From the NCBI GenBank assembly GCA_018656555.1, contig JABHZQ010000023.1, positions 2,875 through 66,874 of the forward strand: DNA of 64,000 bases. Reading direction: 5' to 3'. The stretch comes from an archaeon (GTDB lineage Archaea > Nanobdellota > Nanobdellia > SCGC-AAA011-G17 > GW2011-AR17). Positions within the stretch are counted from its first letter, which is position 1. Each line of letters opens with the position of its first letter. Shown here piece after piece: positions 20,590 to 28,944 of this stretch. The notes below the pieces were generated by a model. It was given only the letters and a program-made list of their open reading frames with translations. It did not search any database and was not told where the DNA came from. The translations under genes were made by a program, and so were the position numbers.

Positions 20590-21831
20590 TCAGAAACTTG
20601 AAGAGATGGTTAGAGGAAAAGATGTTGTTGAAATAGGTCCTGGACAAAATCCTCTTAGATCTTTATTTGAATTTGATCCTAGATCGTATACTTGTGTTGA
20701 AGTTACTGGAACTCCAGCTGATGATTTACCTAGAGTTGTTCGATATGAAGAGGATGATGGGCTTTCATATTTACAAGGAATAAATAGTCCAGTTTCAGTA
20801 GTTTCTATTTCTAGGTCTTGATCTATAAAGTTGAATGTTTGTGGTAATTGGAAGGTATTAAAGTGGTTGTATAATGTTAGGATTGGATTGTTTATACTGC
20901 TTACAATAAATCCTAATTCCTCTTCAACTATGATGTTGTTGATGAATTCGCTATCTTCTTCATTTGCTCTAATTGTTAAGATATAGTAAGGTTGGTATGT
21001 AAAGTTGAAATCATAGTAGTAATTTCTTAGGTTATATTCTGAGTTTTGAAATTCTAAATCTAAAGCTGTGTAGTTTTCTGCTAGGATGTATCCATGGTAA
21101 GAATTATATAATTCATCTAAAAGGATTATTTCTCCTAAAGGTTTTTCATTGTAGTAATATAAATCTAGTTCATCTTCTAGAGTTATTACACTAGTTTGAG
21201 AATTTGAATGTGAATATTGGCAAGATGTTGGGCAGTATTCTCCAATGTTACAATGTCCTTGGTGCCCTTGATAGTGTTTTACTCTTACTTCTACTGTTAT
21301 TGTTAGTTCTGTTGTGAATAATGAATCTTGGTTTATTGTGTATTCTTGTAAGAGATCGTTTCCTATTAGGTTGTTATTTTGGTAAATGTTTAAATGTTCT
21401 GTTTGTTCAGAAATGGAGTAGGTTGTTCTACAATCATTACCCTGTATTCCCGAAGGTAGTTCGATATCATAGTTGTAAGCTGTTAATATTTCTCCTTGTT
21501 CTTGAGAGTAGAGATTATTGTCTATTAATATAGAAGGCATTGCTGTGATTATTTTCATCCATGCATTTTTTACATGCATTGAACTGATTGTTTGAATATC
21601 TTCTGGTGGATCTGTAAATTCTATGTTTGTGTTGTAATTGTATGTAAATTCATAATCTGGAAATTCTGTTGAAATGATTGCATTATATAATTCTTCTTTT
21701 TCTTCTGGTGTTAATTCTAGATCATTTTGTATTACTAAACATGATTCTTGTTCTGGAATTGATTCACAAGGGAAAGCTGTCGCTAGAGGGAGTACTAGTA
21801 GTAGAAATAGAGTTAATACTAGTTTTTTCAT
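20590..21831 (-). CDS. Secreted hypothetical protein with an N-terminal signal peptide (MKKLVLTLFLLLVLPLATA)
   Basis: Signal peptide plus a Cys-containing extracellular-type composition. Its C-terminal ~75 codons overlap the opposite-strand ORF 20411..20821, so the true 3' end is uncertain. Confidence 0.45.
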   Translation of the reverse strand: MKKLVLTLFLLLVLPLATAFPCESIPEQESCLVIQNDLELTPEEKEELYNAIISTEFPDYEFTYNYNTNIEFTDPPEDIQTISSMHVKNAWMKIITAMPSILIDNNLYSQEQGEILTAYNYDIELPSGIQGNDCRTTYSISEQTEHLNIYQNNNLIGNDLLQEYTINQDSLFTTELTITVEVRVKHYQGHQGHCNIGEYCPTSCQYSHSNSQTSVITLEDELDLYYYNEKPLGEIILLDELYNSYHGYILAENYTALDLEFQNSEYNLRNYYYDFNFTYQPYYILTIRANEEDSEFINNIIVEEELGFIVSSINNPILTLYNHFNTFQLPQTFNFIDQDLEIETTETGLFIPCKYESPSSSSYRTTLGKSSAGVPVTSTQVYDLGSNSNKDLRGFCPGPISTTSFPLTISSSF

Positions 21832-21875
21832 TGTTTTTACCTCCAGAAAGCTTTTTAAGAATAAACAAATTCTCT

Positions 21876-22487
21876 ATGTTTATGAGACTAATTTTTATTA
21901 GACATGGTGAAACACAAATTAATGTAGAAGGAAAAATGCATATCAAGGGCAGTTCCTCAGAGTTAACCAAAATAGGAATTAATCAAATACTAAGTACAAT
22001 TGCATTTTTAAATAAAAATAACGTGGAAAAAGTTTATTCCTCGCCTACAAAAAGAACTTACCAATCTGCAAAATTAATCTCAGAAAAACTAAATATTTCA
22101 CTTGATGTTCTTGATGATCTAAAAGAAAGAGATTGGGGTAATTGGGAGACTAAAACTTGGAATGAAATAAGTATAGTGTTGGATAAAATGAGTTTAAATG
22201 AAAGATATGAATTTATTCCACCTCATGGTGAATCTTGGAAACAGATGGAAGAGAGATTAAAAGTTACTCTAAAAAAAGTGACAGATGGTTCTGAGAAATG
22301 TGTTTGTATTGTTACACATATGGGGGCTTTAAGGGGCTTAATTCCAATCTTGAAAAATCAGGATAAATCAGTTAGCTTGAATTTTAGTTTTGATAATGGT
22401 TCTATAACTATTTTTGATTTCAAAGATAACAAGTACAGAGAAATTATAATAAATGACACTTCTCACTTAAATAATAGTAAACACTAG
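21876..22487 (+). CDS. Histidine phosphatase superfamily protein (phosphoglycerate-mutase-like)
   Basis: LIFIRHGETQ catalytic RHG motif right after the Met at 21876. The longer ORF from 21678 overlaps the divergent upstream gene and is unlikely. Confidence 0.65.
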   Translation: MFMRLIFIRHGETQINVEGKMHIKGSSSELTKIGINQILSTIAFLNKNNVEKVYSSPTKRTYQSAKLISEKLNISLDVLDDLKERDWGNWETKTWNEISIVLDKMSLNERYEFIPPHGESWKQMEERLKVTLKKVTDGSEKCVCIVTHMGALRGLIPILKNQDKSVSLNFSFDNGSITIFDFKDNKYREIIINDTSHLNNSKH

Positions 22488-22570
22488 TCATCGGAGACAT
22501 TACCTCAAAACTACCTCATAAGTATAGTTTTTGCCTTATACTCACTCACATATTAAAAAAAGAAAAAAAA

Positions 22571-22906
22571 TTATTGAACTAGGAAGTTTACGATCAATGG
22601 TGCTATCCAGATTAGAATTAAACCAGCAACTACATACATAATCATACTTTTTGCTTGTTCTCTTTTACCTGGATCCGAGCCTGAAGTCATAAAGGTGATT
22701 CCTGCTACAACTAATACAACTGCGGCAATTGCGGTTGCAATGTATTTAATAAAGTTGTAAATACTCATCACTGGCTCAAGGATTTCATCGAAAGCTGCTT
22801 CATCAGCTGCATCTAATGGTTGATTAAGATCAATAGCTGCACTAACTAGAGGTGTCAGGCTTATTAACAACACAAATGCCAATAGCAACAGGTTCTTTAC
22901 CTTCAT
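22571..22906 (-). CDS. Small secreted two-helix membrane protein resembling TrbC/VirB2-type pilins
   Basis: Signal peptide (…LVSA|AIDL), then two hydrophobic helices separated by a short polar loop (…VVAGITFMTSGSDPGKREQAKSMIMYVVAGLILIW…). A GGAGG-like SD sequence lies upstream. Confidence 0.35.
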   Translation of the reverse strand: MKVKNLLLLAFVLLISLTPLVSAAIDLNQPLDAADEAAFDEILEPVMSIYNFIKYIATAIAAVVLVVAGITFMTSGSDPGKREQAKSMIMYVVAGLILIWIAPLIVNFLVQ

Positions 22907-23204
22907 TTTCTTCCTCCTGTACCTCTTTCCTTAGTTTTTTCATGAGTTTTCTCAACATTTTTTCCTCCTAAATTGTTTGTAATTGGTTTAATTGAATTTG
23001 CTTATAATATTTCAGAGAAAAAAGTTCGAAGTTTTTTAGTAAAAGTTTTAGAAGATTTTTATCTGAGTATTTATATACTGTTTTTGCAAAACTATTTTTT
23101 ATGAATTGGCAAAAACAACAAAGGATTATTGAAATTCGTCAAAACATGCGTAAACAAATTGAAGTTATTTTAAATAATGCTGAAAATCAGATAAAGGAGT
23201 TAGA

Positions 23205-23375
23205 ATGCAACGATTTCAATCTTTAAGGTATATGCAAAAAACTAGAACGGTTTGTGTTCGTATTTCCCAAGCTGAAGAAATCATGTTAAAGGCTGAAGCT
23301 AAAAGAATTGGTAAACCTGTTACTTCTTTGATTAGAGATGGTTATTTGGGTAAGGTTGAGAGGATGTTGGTTTAA
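23205..23375 (+). CDS. Ribbon-helix-helix (CopG/MobC-like) DNA-binding mini-protein, 56 aa; not in the ORF track because it is under 60 aa
   Basis: MQRFQSLRYMQKTRTVCVRISQAEEIMLKAEAKRIGKPVTSLIRDGYLGKVERMLV, a beta-strand-helix-helix pattern. An AGGAG SD sequence sits 5 nt upstream. Confidence 0.5.
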   Translation: MQRFQSLRYMQKTRTVCVRISQAEEIMLKAEAKRIGKPVTSLIRDGYLGKVERMLV

Positions 23376-24112
23376 AGTTTAGACTGTTTCCATAACTCAT
23401 CAAAAAATTGAGTATATGATTTTCCAAGTTCTTCAGATTCAATAACTACAATAAAGGGTTCTTCTTTCCAACTCATTAAAGCAATTAAATTATTAGAGAC
23501 AACTGTACCAATTGGAATCTTTTGGTCTGTAAATTTTATTTTAACTAACTTATAACTAGTTGATTTTATAAATTTCTTAATTCTTTCATTAGCAATAACT
23601 CTAACTTCAATTCCTAGCTCTTTTCTAATTAGATCCTGTTTTTGAATAAATTTCTTAACTTCTTCTCTTTCCCAATCATCTTCAAAAGAAAAAACCTTGA
23701 AAATTTTATCTTCTTTTAGAAGTCTATGATTAAATTCCTCATAAAATGTCTTTATTCCTCCTATTCCAGTTAAAACTCTTGCATTAGGTGTTTTGCTTAA
23801 TTCTAATATACTTAATTTCTTGATTTCTTTCTTTACTTCTTCTTTTTGTTCATCTATTTCAATTTTCTTCTCTTCCAAATAAGTCAGTAATCTTTCAGGA
23901 TTGTTAGCTATAAAATACTGAGTTTTGTCTTTTGTAACTTTGGAAATTAGTCCTTTTTCTAAGAGTTTCTCTAATATTGGATATGTTTTTGATGGAGTAA
24001 CTTTGGACTTTTTACTAATAGGACCAATAGTGGCTTCTTTTAGGATAATGAGACTTCTATATACTTTAATTTCTCCTTCTGTAAATCCCAACTTTCTTAA
24101 TGTGTTAATCAT
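23372..24112 (-). CDS. TrmB-family transcriptional regulator (N-terminal wHTH)
   Basis: LGFTEGEIKVYRSLIILKEATIGPISKKSKV…LEKLLEKGLISKV matches the TrmB wHTH consensus. Confidence 0.6.
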   Translation of the reverse strand: MINTLRKLGFTEGEIKVYRSLIILKEATIGPISKKSKVTPSKTYPILEKLLEKGLISKVTKDKTQYFIANNPERLLTYLEEKKIEIDEQKEEVKKEIKKLSILELSKTPNARVLTGIGGIKTFYEEFNHRLLKEDKIFKVFSFEDDWEREEVKKFIQKQDLIRKELGIEVRVIANERIKKFIKSTSYKLVKIKFTDQKIPIGTVVSNNLIALMSWKEEPFIVVIESEELGKSYTQFFDELWKQSKL

Positions 24113-24147
24113 ATCCTCTTAGGGAGGAAACAACCCTTATATATCTT

Positions 24148-24645
24148 TTGTTTTTCTGTTTTTTTATGAAAAATACAAAGTTAAATCTAATAAAGATAGG
24201 ATGTCTTTCAGCTGTCATAACTGGAGTTGCTGGAGGTCTTGGTTTAATTGGCAACTCATTAGTAGAAGAGTGGGTAGAAAGAAAAAGCAATCCCATCGAT
24301 CCTTCTAGAATTGTTGGAAATTATAATCCCCAAGTTGTTGTACATCCTATAACTGGTGATGAATATAGAATTGTAGATGATGAACTTTATGGATGTTATG
24401 GAGATGTTATCAAATCTGTTCAGTATAATTGTATATTGCATGGTGGAAGGCAAGGACATACTATTACTTGTCTTTATGATGGAGCCAGCCAGGTTGAGGT
24501 TAATTTTTATAACTCTCAAGTATCTAGAGTATTTCCTCAGTTAACTCTTTCAGGATATATTGATGATACAGAATTAGAGAGTTATGTTGATACTTTTGAA
24601 AGAGATTTGGCTCTTTTGGTTGAAGCAGATTTGGCTACTTATTAA
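24148..24645 (+). CDS. Hypothetical membrane-anchored/secreted protein
   Basis: N-terminal TM helix; no motif recognised. Confidence 0.35.
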   Translation: MFFCFFMKNTKLNLIKIGCLSAVITGVAGGLGLIGNSLVEEWVERKSNPIDPSRIVGNYNPQVVVHPITGDEYRIVDDELYGCYGDVIKSVQYNCILHGGRQGHTITCLYDGASQVEVNFYNSQVSRVFPQLTLSGYIDDTELESYVDTFERDLALLVEADLATY

Positions 24646-24660
24646 TAAAAAAAAGAAAAA

Positions 24661-25917
24661 TTAAACCTTAACTTTCATCATATCATTCAACCTCTTCTCC
24701 ATGACATGCAATCTATCAAGCAACTGATCATTCTGTAACAAATCATGCTTCTCTGCAATCTCCTTGATCTTCTCTCTTTTCATTGGTCTCTTACAATTTG
24801 AACAAAACTCCATTGTAAACCCATTTTTTGAACCACAAAAAGTACAAACCTTAAACTGAGGTTGAAATCTCTTCTCCCTAGCACTCTGAGGATCAACTAA
24901 CCCCCTTTTAACCAACTCAATACGCAAAGCATCTTCTTGGGTACTCATATCATATACTTTAAGTTGCTTAGTAGAAGTCCATCTAGCTGCATGTTGTATC
25001 TGTGTATCACTATCTCCTCTTAACCTTCTATAAGTGATTCCATTTCTCTTAAGAGAATAACAAGTAATTGACTTATTAATCCCTAATGCATTACATGCAA
25101 CTTTCAATCTTTTATTCACATTGTTGTTCGTCATCTGCTTTAAATTCCCATGATTGCTTTCATTAACAAAGAAATAAGCATCTGGATTATGTTTCAAAGG
25201 GTGTTTCTCAAACCATTTCATAATATAAGGATATGAATCAATACTTTGTAAGAAACCAGTTCCTTCTTTTCCATGCTCAGAGATCCAAATCTTTGCATAA
25301 TTGTCATAAAACTCATAATCCTTAACCTTAGTAAACAATATCTCTTGTGGTCTTCCTAAAGATTCAAAAGCTAAAGTTAAATAAGCTTGAATCTTGGGGT
25401 CTTTGTTAAAGTATGCAACTATTTTCTCAAACTCTTCTAAGTTAAACCTTTCATTCCTTAACTTCTCTTTACTTTTGTCAATTCTAGAACTAATATGCCT
25501 TACTGCATAAGGAGTTAATGTTTCATCAATTCTATCTCTAGAATCTTTTTCAGGAAACAACATTCTCCAAATAACTTTCATATCCTTAATAAAATCCTTT
25601 TTACTTTCAACAGATTTGTACCTTTTATGCATAAAAGCAACAATTCCATTAATATCATCTCTATCACATTCTGCTAGATCTTTATCTGTTGCAGTACAAA
25701 GTACTCTCAAATTAAAAAAAATCTTATTTCTTCTAATATAGCTCAGGTCTTTTGCCTCAAATCCATTAATCAATTTCTTGAAATACTTCAAGTTCTTTTT
25801 ATTTTTACAGTAATACTTTCTTTTACCACCTTTCTTTGGTTTACATGTTTGTTTTTCCATGTCAGCAATGAAATTTTCATATTTTCTCCTGCTTCCATAG
25901 ATATCATCTTCAGTCAT
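24661..25917 (-). CDS. Integrase / tyrosine-recombinase-like protein with a C-terminal zinc ribbon
   Basis: Position next to the tRNA; candidate catalytic region …SLKRNGITYRRLRG…HAARWTS…KVYDMS (R…HxxR…Y); CTFCGS…CSNCKRP zinc ribbon. Confidence 0.5.
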   Translation of the reverse strand: MTEDDIYGSRRKYENFIADMEKQTCKPKKGGKRKYYCKNKKNLKYFKKLINGFEAKDLSYIRRNKIFFNLRVLCTATDKDLAECDRDDINGIVAFMHKRYKSVESKKDFIKDMKVIWRMLFPEKDSRDRIDETLTPYAVRHISSRIDKSKEKLRNERFNLEEFEKIVAYFNKDPKIQAYLTLAFESLGRPQEILFTKVKDYEFYDNYAKIWISEHGKEGTGFLQSIDSYPYIMKWFEKHPLKHNPDAYFFVNESNHGNLKQMTNNNVNKRLKVACNALGINKSITCYSLKRNGITYRRLRGDSDTQIQHAARWTSTKQLKVYDMSTQEDALRIELVKRGLVDPQSAREKRFQPQFKVCTFCGSKNGFTMEFCSNCKRPMKREKIKEIAEKHDLLQNDQLLDRLHVMEKRLNDMMKVKV

Positions 25918-26043
25918 TTTACACCTCCTAGTATTACAAAACTCTATATAAAAGTGAGTATATCATGGGCGTGTGAATCAAAAGCACATGCCCCTGAAAA
26001 ATCACTTAGGGCCTAGGATTCGGGACTGTGAATAGAAGGATTA

Positions 26044-26141
26044 CGCCGAGGCTGGGATTCGAACCCAGATATCCAGAAGGAAACAGGCTTTCTAGGATAT
26101 ACTCTCAAGGCCTGCGCGGTACCAGATTGCGCCACCTCGGC
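26044..26141 (-). tRNA. tRNA, ~98 nt, class II-like or intron-containing; anticodon probably UGA (Ser), assignment uncertain
   Basis: 5'-GCCGAGG acceptor stem; T arm CTGGGTTCGAATCCCAG; acceptor 3' strand CCTCGGC plus discriminator G. An anticodon stem CAGGC/GCCTG encloses 21 nt, i.e. a loop of CTTGAGA plus a ~14-nt insert. Confidence 0.75.
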
Positions 26142-26178
26142 ATTAGTTATTAGAAAAAAGGGGCATTTAAAAACTTTA

Positions 26179-26337
26179 TTATTTTTTAAACCGAGGAATA
26201 TTATCTTCTAATGGATACTCCTTGCCACATCTCCAGCAAGCTAGATTCTCTTTTGCTGAATCATACTTCAAACTATTCTGACAAGAAGGACATCTTAACA
26301 TATTTAGTAACTGTTCTGAAATCTCCATACTATTCAT
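26179..26337 (-). CDS. Trm112-like small zinc-finger protein (methyltransferase activator family), 52 aa; not in the ORF track
   Basis: MNSMEISEQLLNMLRCPSCQNSLKYDSAKENLACWRCGKEYPLEDNIPRFKK matches the Trm112/DUF343 pattern (CPxC…C…C…YPIxDGIP). Confidence 0.5.
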   Translation of the reverse strand: MNSMEISEQLLNMLRCPSCQNSLKYDSAKENLACWRCGKEYPLEDNIPRFKK

Positions 26338-26362
26338 ATACCTCAATTTTATTTAAACTTTA

Positions 26363-27055
26363 TTATTTCTTAATCTGACTCCAAGGAATAGGTCTATCAA
26401 TAAGATGCTTACATTTAATTGTTGTATCACAAAATGCCTCAATCTTCTTAGCATGACAATCTACAAAGAAAAATCTATCATCAAAGTGTTTATTCTCTGA
26501 TCTAAACTCTATCTCCTTCAAAATATCTCTATGGATTAACAAACAACCTAAACCAGCAGAAACAACAGGATACAAACCAGGATCATTCCACAACTCTTCC
26601 TCCTCTAAAGGATACATAGTTAAAGACTCAGGATCTTTTAACTTATACACCAAAGGAATTAACTTTATTGTACCATCCTCAAATCTATTATTAGCAAAGT
26701 AAACCCCTGTAATTAACTTCTTTCCATGTTGCAACATCCTTTCTATCAAATCAGCAGGAGGAATCACATCTTGTTCTAAAGATAAGAAATACTCATAATC
26801 TCCCTCTAACACCTCTTTCCTTAACAAATTCCTAGAAGCAATTATCCTATCTACAGCCCCTTCAAACCAAGGCCCTTTTACAACAGAAATATCAAAAGTT
26901 TTTATTAAATTAAAATATTCATCATTTTTTGAATTCTCAACTATTAGAATTTTTTTATTAGGATAAGTCAACTTTTTTAGACCAGCCATATACTCAGTTA
27001 GACAATAATCTTTATGATGTGATGTTGGACATCCCACTAATATTTTTGGTCTCAT
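26363..27055 (-). CDS. Tandem paralog 3 of 3: divergent GT-A-like (GT2-like) putative glycosyltransferase
   Basis: Shared motifs KILVGCPTS…LTYPN…ILIVENS…SRNLLRKEVLE…YEYFLSLEQDVIPP…GCLLIH…CKHLI. The start is probably the Met at 27055 (MRPKILVGCPT). Confidence 0.45.
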   Translation of the reverse strand: MRPKILVGCPTSHHKDYCLTEYMAGLKKLTYPNKKILIVENSKNDEYFNLIKTFDISVVKGPWFEGAVDRIIASRNLLRKEVLEGDYEYFLSLEQDVIPPADLIERMLQHGKKLITGVYFANNRFEDGTIKLIPLVYKLKDPESLTMYPLEEEELWNDPGLYPVVSAGLGCLLIHRDILKEIEFRSENKHFDDRFFFVDCHAKKIEAFCDTTIKCKHLIDRPIPWSQIKK

Positions 27056-27765
27056 TTTTTTATCCCTTCCCATCCTCCCCCTTTTATCAAGTGTTTGCAT
27101 TTTAAGGAAGTATCTGCAAATATTTTATTACCTTCATTAAATGTGTCCTGACAGAACCACATATCGTCGAAGCCATTATCGTTTTTATCATATCTAAACT
27201 TGATGTTTTTAAGTATTTCCTTATGTATTAATAGACAACCTAAACCACAAGCACCCACCTCCATTAAAGAACCACCTTCAATCTCTTCAAAAGAAAGTGC
27301 CTTTACCCTATCTTCCCTAACCCTTTTCCATAAAAGAGGTCTTAATTGATTCTTTCCATTAATCATTTGAAAATTATAATACACTCCAGTAACCAATTTC
27401 TTACCTGATTTTAACATTCTTTCAATAATATCTTTTGGAGGTATTACATCCTGTTCTAAAGACAAGAAATAATCATATTTTTCTAACACTTCTTTCCTTA
27501 AAATATTCCTTGAATTAATAATTCTCTCTCTTGCACTATCTGAATACACATCCTTCACTGCTGGAAGACCGGACTCTTTTATCAAACCAATATAATCATT
27601 ATTTTCACTATTATCGACGATAAGAATATCATAATTAGGATAAGTCAACTCTTTTAATCTGCTCGCATACCTACCTAAACAATACCTTTTATGTACCGAG
27701 GTTGGACAACCCACTAATACTTTTGGATTTCCTTCCAACTTTTGTTCTTGATCAGATGTTTGCAT
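27052..27765 (-). CDS. Tandem paralog 2 of 3: divergent GT-A-like putative glycosyltransferase
   Basis: Same motif set (KVLVGCPTS…ILIVDNS…LEQDVIPP…CKHLI). Confidence 0.45.
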   Translation of the reverse strand: MQTSDQEQKLEGNPKVLVGCPTSVHKRYCLGRYASRLKELTYPNYDILIVDNSENNDYIGLIKESGLPAVKDVYSDSARERIINSRNILRKEVLEKYDYFLSLEQDVIPPKDIIERMLKSGKKLVTGVYYNFQMINGKNQLRPLLWKRVREDRVKALSFEEIEGGSLMEVGACGLGCLLIHKEILKNIKFRYDKNDNGFDDMWFCQDTFNEGNKIFADTSLKCKHLIKGGGWEGIKK

Positions 27766-28379
27766 TTTATTGAAGTATCCACATATAAGGAAATACCTCT
27801 TTCTTTTAAATCATTTGAAAAAAACATATCATCAAAGCACTTTTTATCTTCTTCATATCTAAATTCTATTTCTTTTAACACATCTTTATGAATCAAAAGA
27901 CAACTTAAACTTACAGTTCTCACTTTTTCCAACCTTGGAGGATCAAGCTCTTCAGGATTTAAGAACCTCAACTTATCTCTACTTTCTTTCCAAACCATCG
28001 GAAGCAATTTCCTTTTATAACTATTAAACACAACAGCAGATACAACCTTTTTCTCATGGGCTAACATTCTTTCAATCACATCTTTAGGTGGGATTACATC
28101 CTGTTCTAAAGATAAGAAATAATCATATTTCTCTAACACCTCTTTCCTTAAGATATTCCTAGAATTAACAATTCTCTTAATTGCCGGTTCCAAATACCCC
28201 GCTCTAACTACATTAATATTTATTTTCTTATAATATTCTTCATCTTTAGAATTATCAACAAGCAAAATATCAAAATTTGGGTAAGTTAATTCCTTAATTC
28301 CTTGTAAATACTCTTGTAAACAGTACCCATAAATATCACAAGTTGGACAACCAACTAAAACTTTAGGCTTTTGAGACAT
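27714..28379 (-). CDS. Tandem paralog 1 of 3: divergent GT-A-like putative glycosyltransferase
   Basis: Same motif set. The start is probably the Met at 28379 (MSQKPKVLVGCPT). Confidence 0.45.
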   Translation of the reverse strand: MSQKPKVLVGCPTCDIYGYCLQEYLQGIKELTYPNFDILLVDNSKDEEYYKKININVVRAGYLEPAIKRIVNSRNILRKEVLEKYDYFLSLEQDVIPPKDVIERMLAHEKKVVSAVVFNSYKRKLLPMVWKESRDKLRFLNPEELDPPRLEKVRTVSLSCLLIHKDVLKEIEFRYEEDKKCFDDMFFSNDLKERGISLYVDTSIKCKHLIKNKSWKEIQKY

Positions 28380-28944
28380 AGACACGATATCCACCCTTCT
28401 TTGCTATTGTTTTTAAATTTCCAAATACACTTTCCATATATTCACTTAATGATCCTCCTCCTTTATTATGCCGCGCCACCACCTGTAGTGTTCCATCTTT
28501 CAATAAAAAATCCTTAGAATCTTTTATCATAGCATAACATATCTTTTTCCCTGCAGCCTGAGGTGGATTAAATAAAATAACATCAAACTTTTCCTTTATC
28601 TTTTCAAAAGCATTTCCATGTAAAACTTTTATTGTTCTAATCTTCCTTGTATTCATCTTAGCTAATTTCACAGCTCTTTTATTAACATCAGTAAGAATTA
28701 CTTTATTCTTTGTTTTAGTCGCTGCAACCCTTCCAACTATACCAATACCACAACCCAAATCCAATACCTTATCATCTTCATTTATTTCCATATAATTTAC
28801 TAAAACCTTAGTACCATAATCTACTTTTTTCTTTGAAAAAACACCCGAAGAAGTAAAAAAAGTATATTCTTTTTTAGCTAGAATAACCGTTATAGTTTTT
28901 AGTTTAAGTTCTGATTCTTGATTTTCTGAAAAATAGTGTTTCAT
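28363..28944 (-). CDS. SAM-dependent methyltransferase (methyltransferase small domain, RsmC/METTL-like)
   Basis: LDLGCGIGIVG motif I; VILFNPPQ motif IV. Confidence 0.6.
   Translation of the reverse strand: MKHYFSENQESELKLKTITVILAKKEYTFFTSSGVFSKKKVDYGTKVLVNYMEINEDDKVLDLGCGIGIVGRVAATKTKNKVILTDVNKRAVKLAKMNTRKIRTIKVLHGNAFEKIKEKFDVILFNPPQAAGKKICYAMIKDSKDFLLKDGTLQVVARHNKGGGSLSEYMESVFGNLKTIAKKGGYRVYVSKA

Noticed and set aside
23101-23222. 40-aa ORF (MNWQKQQRIIEIRQNMRKQIEVILNNAENQIKELECNDFNL) just upstream of, and overlapping, the RHH gene start
   Set aside because: It is too short and has no motif. It overlaps the RHH ribosome-binding region and is probably non-coding leader sequence.
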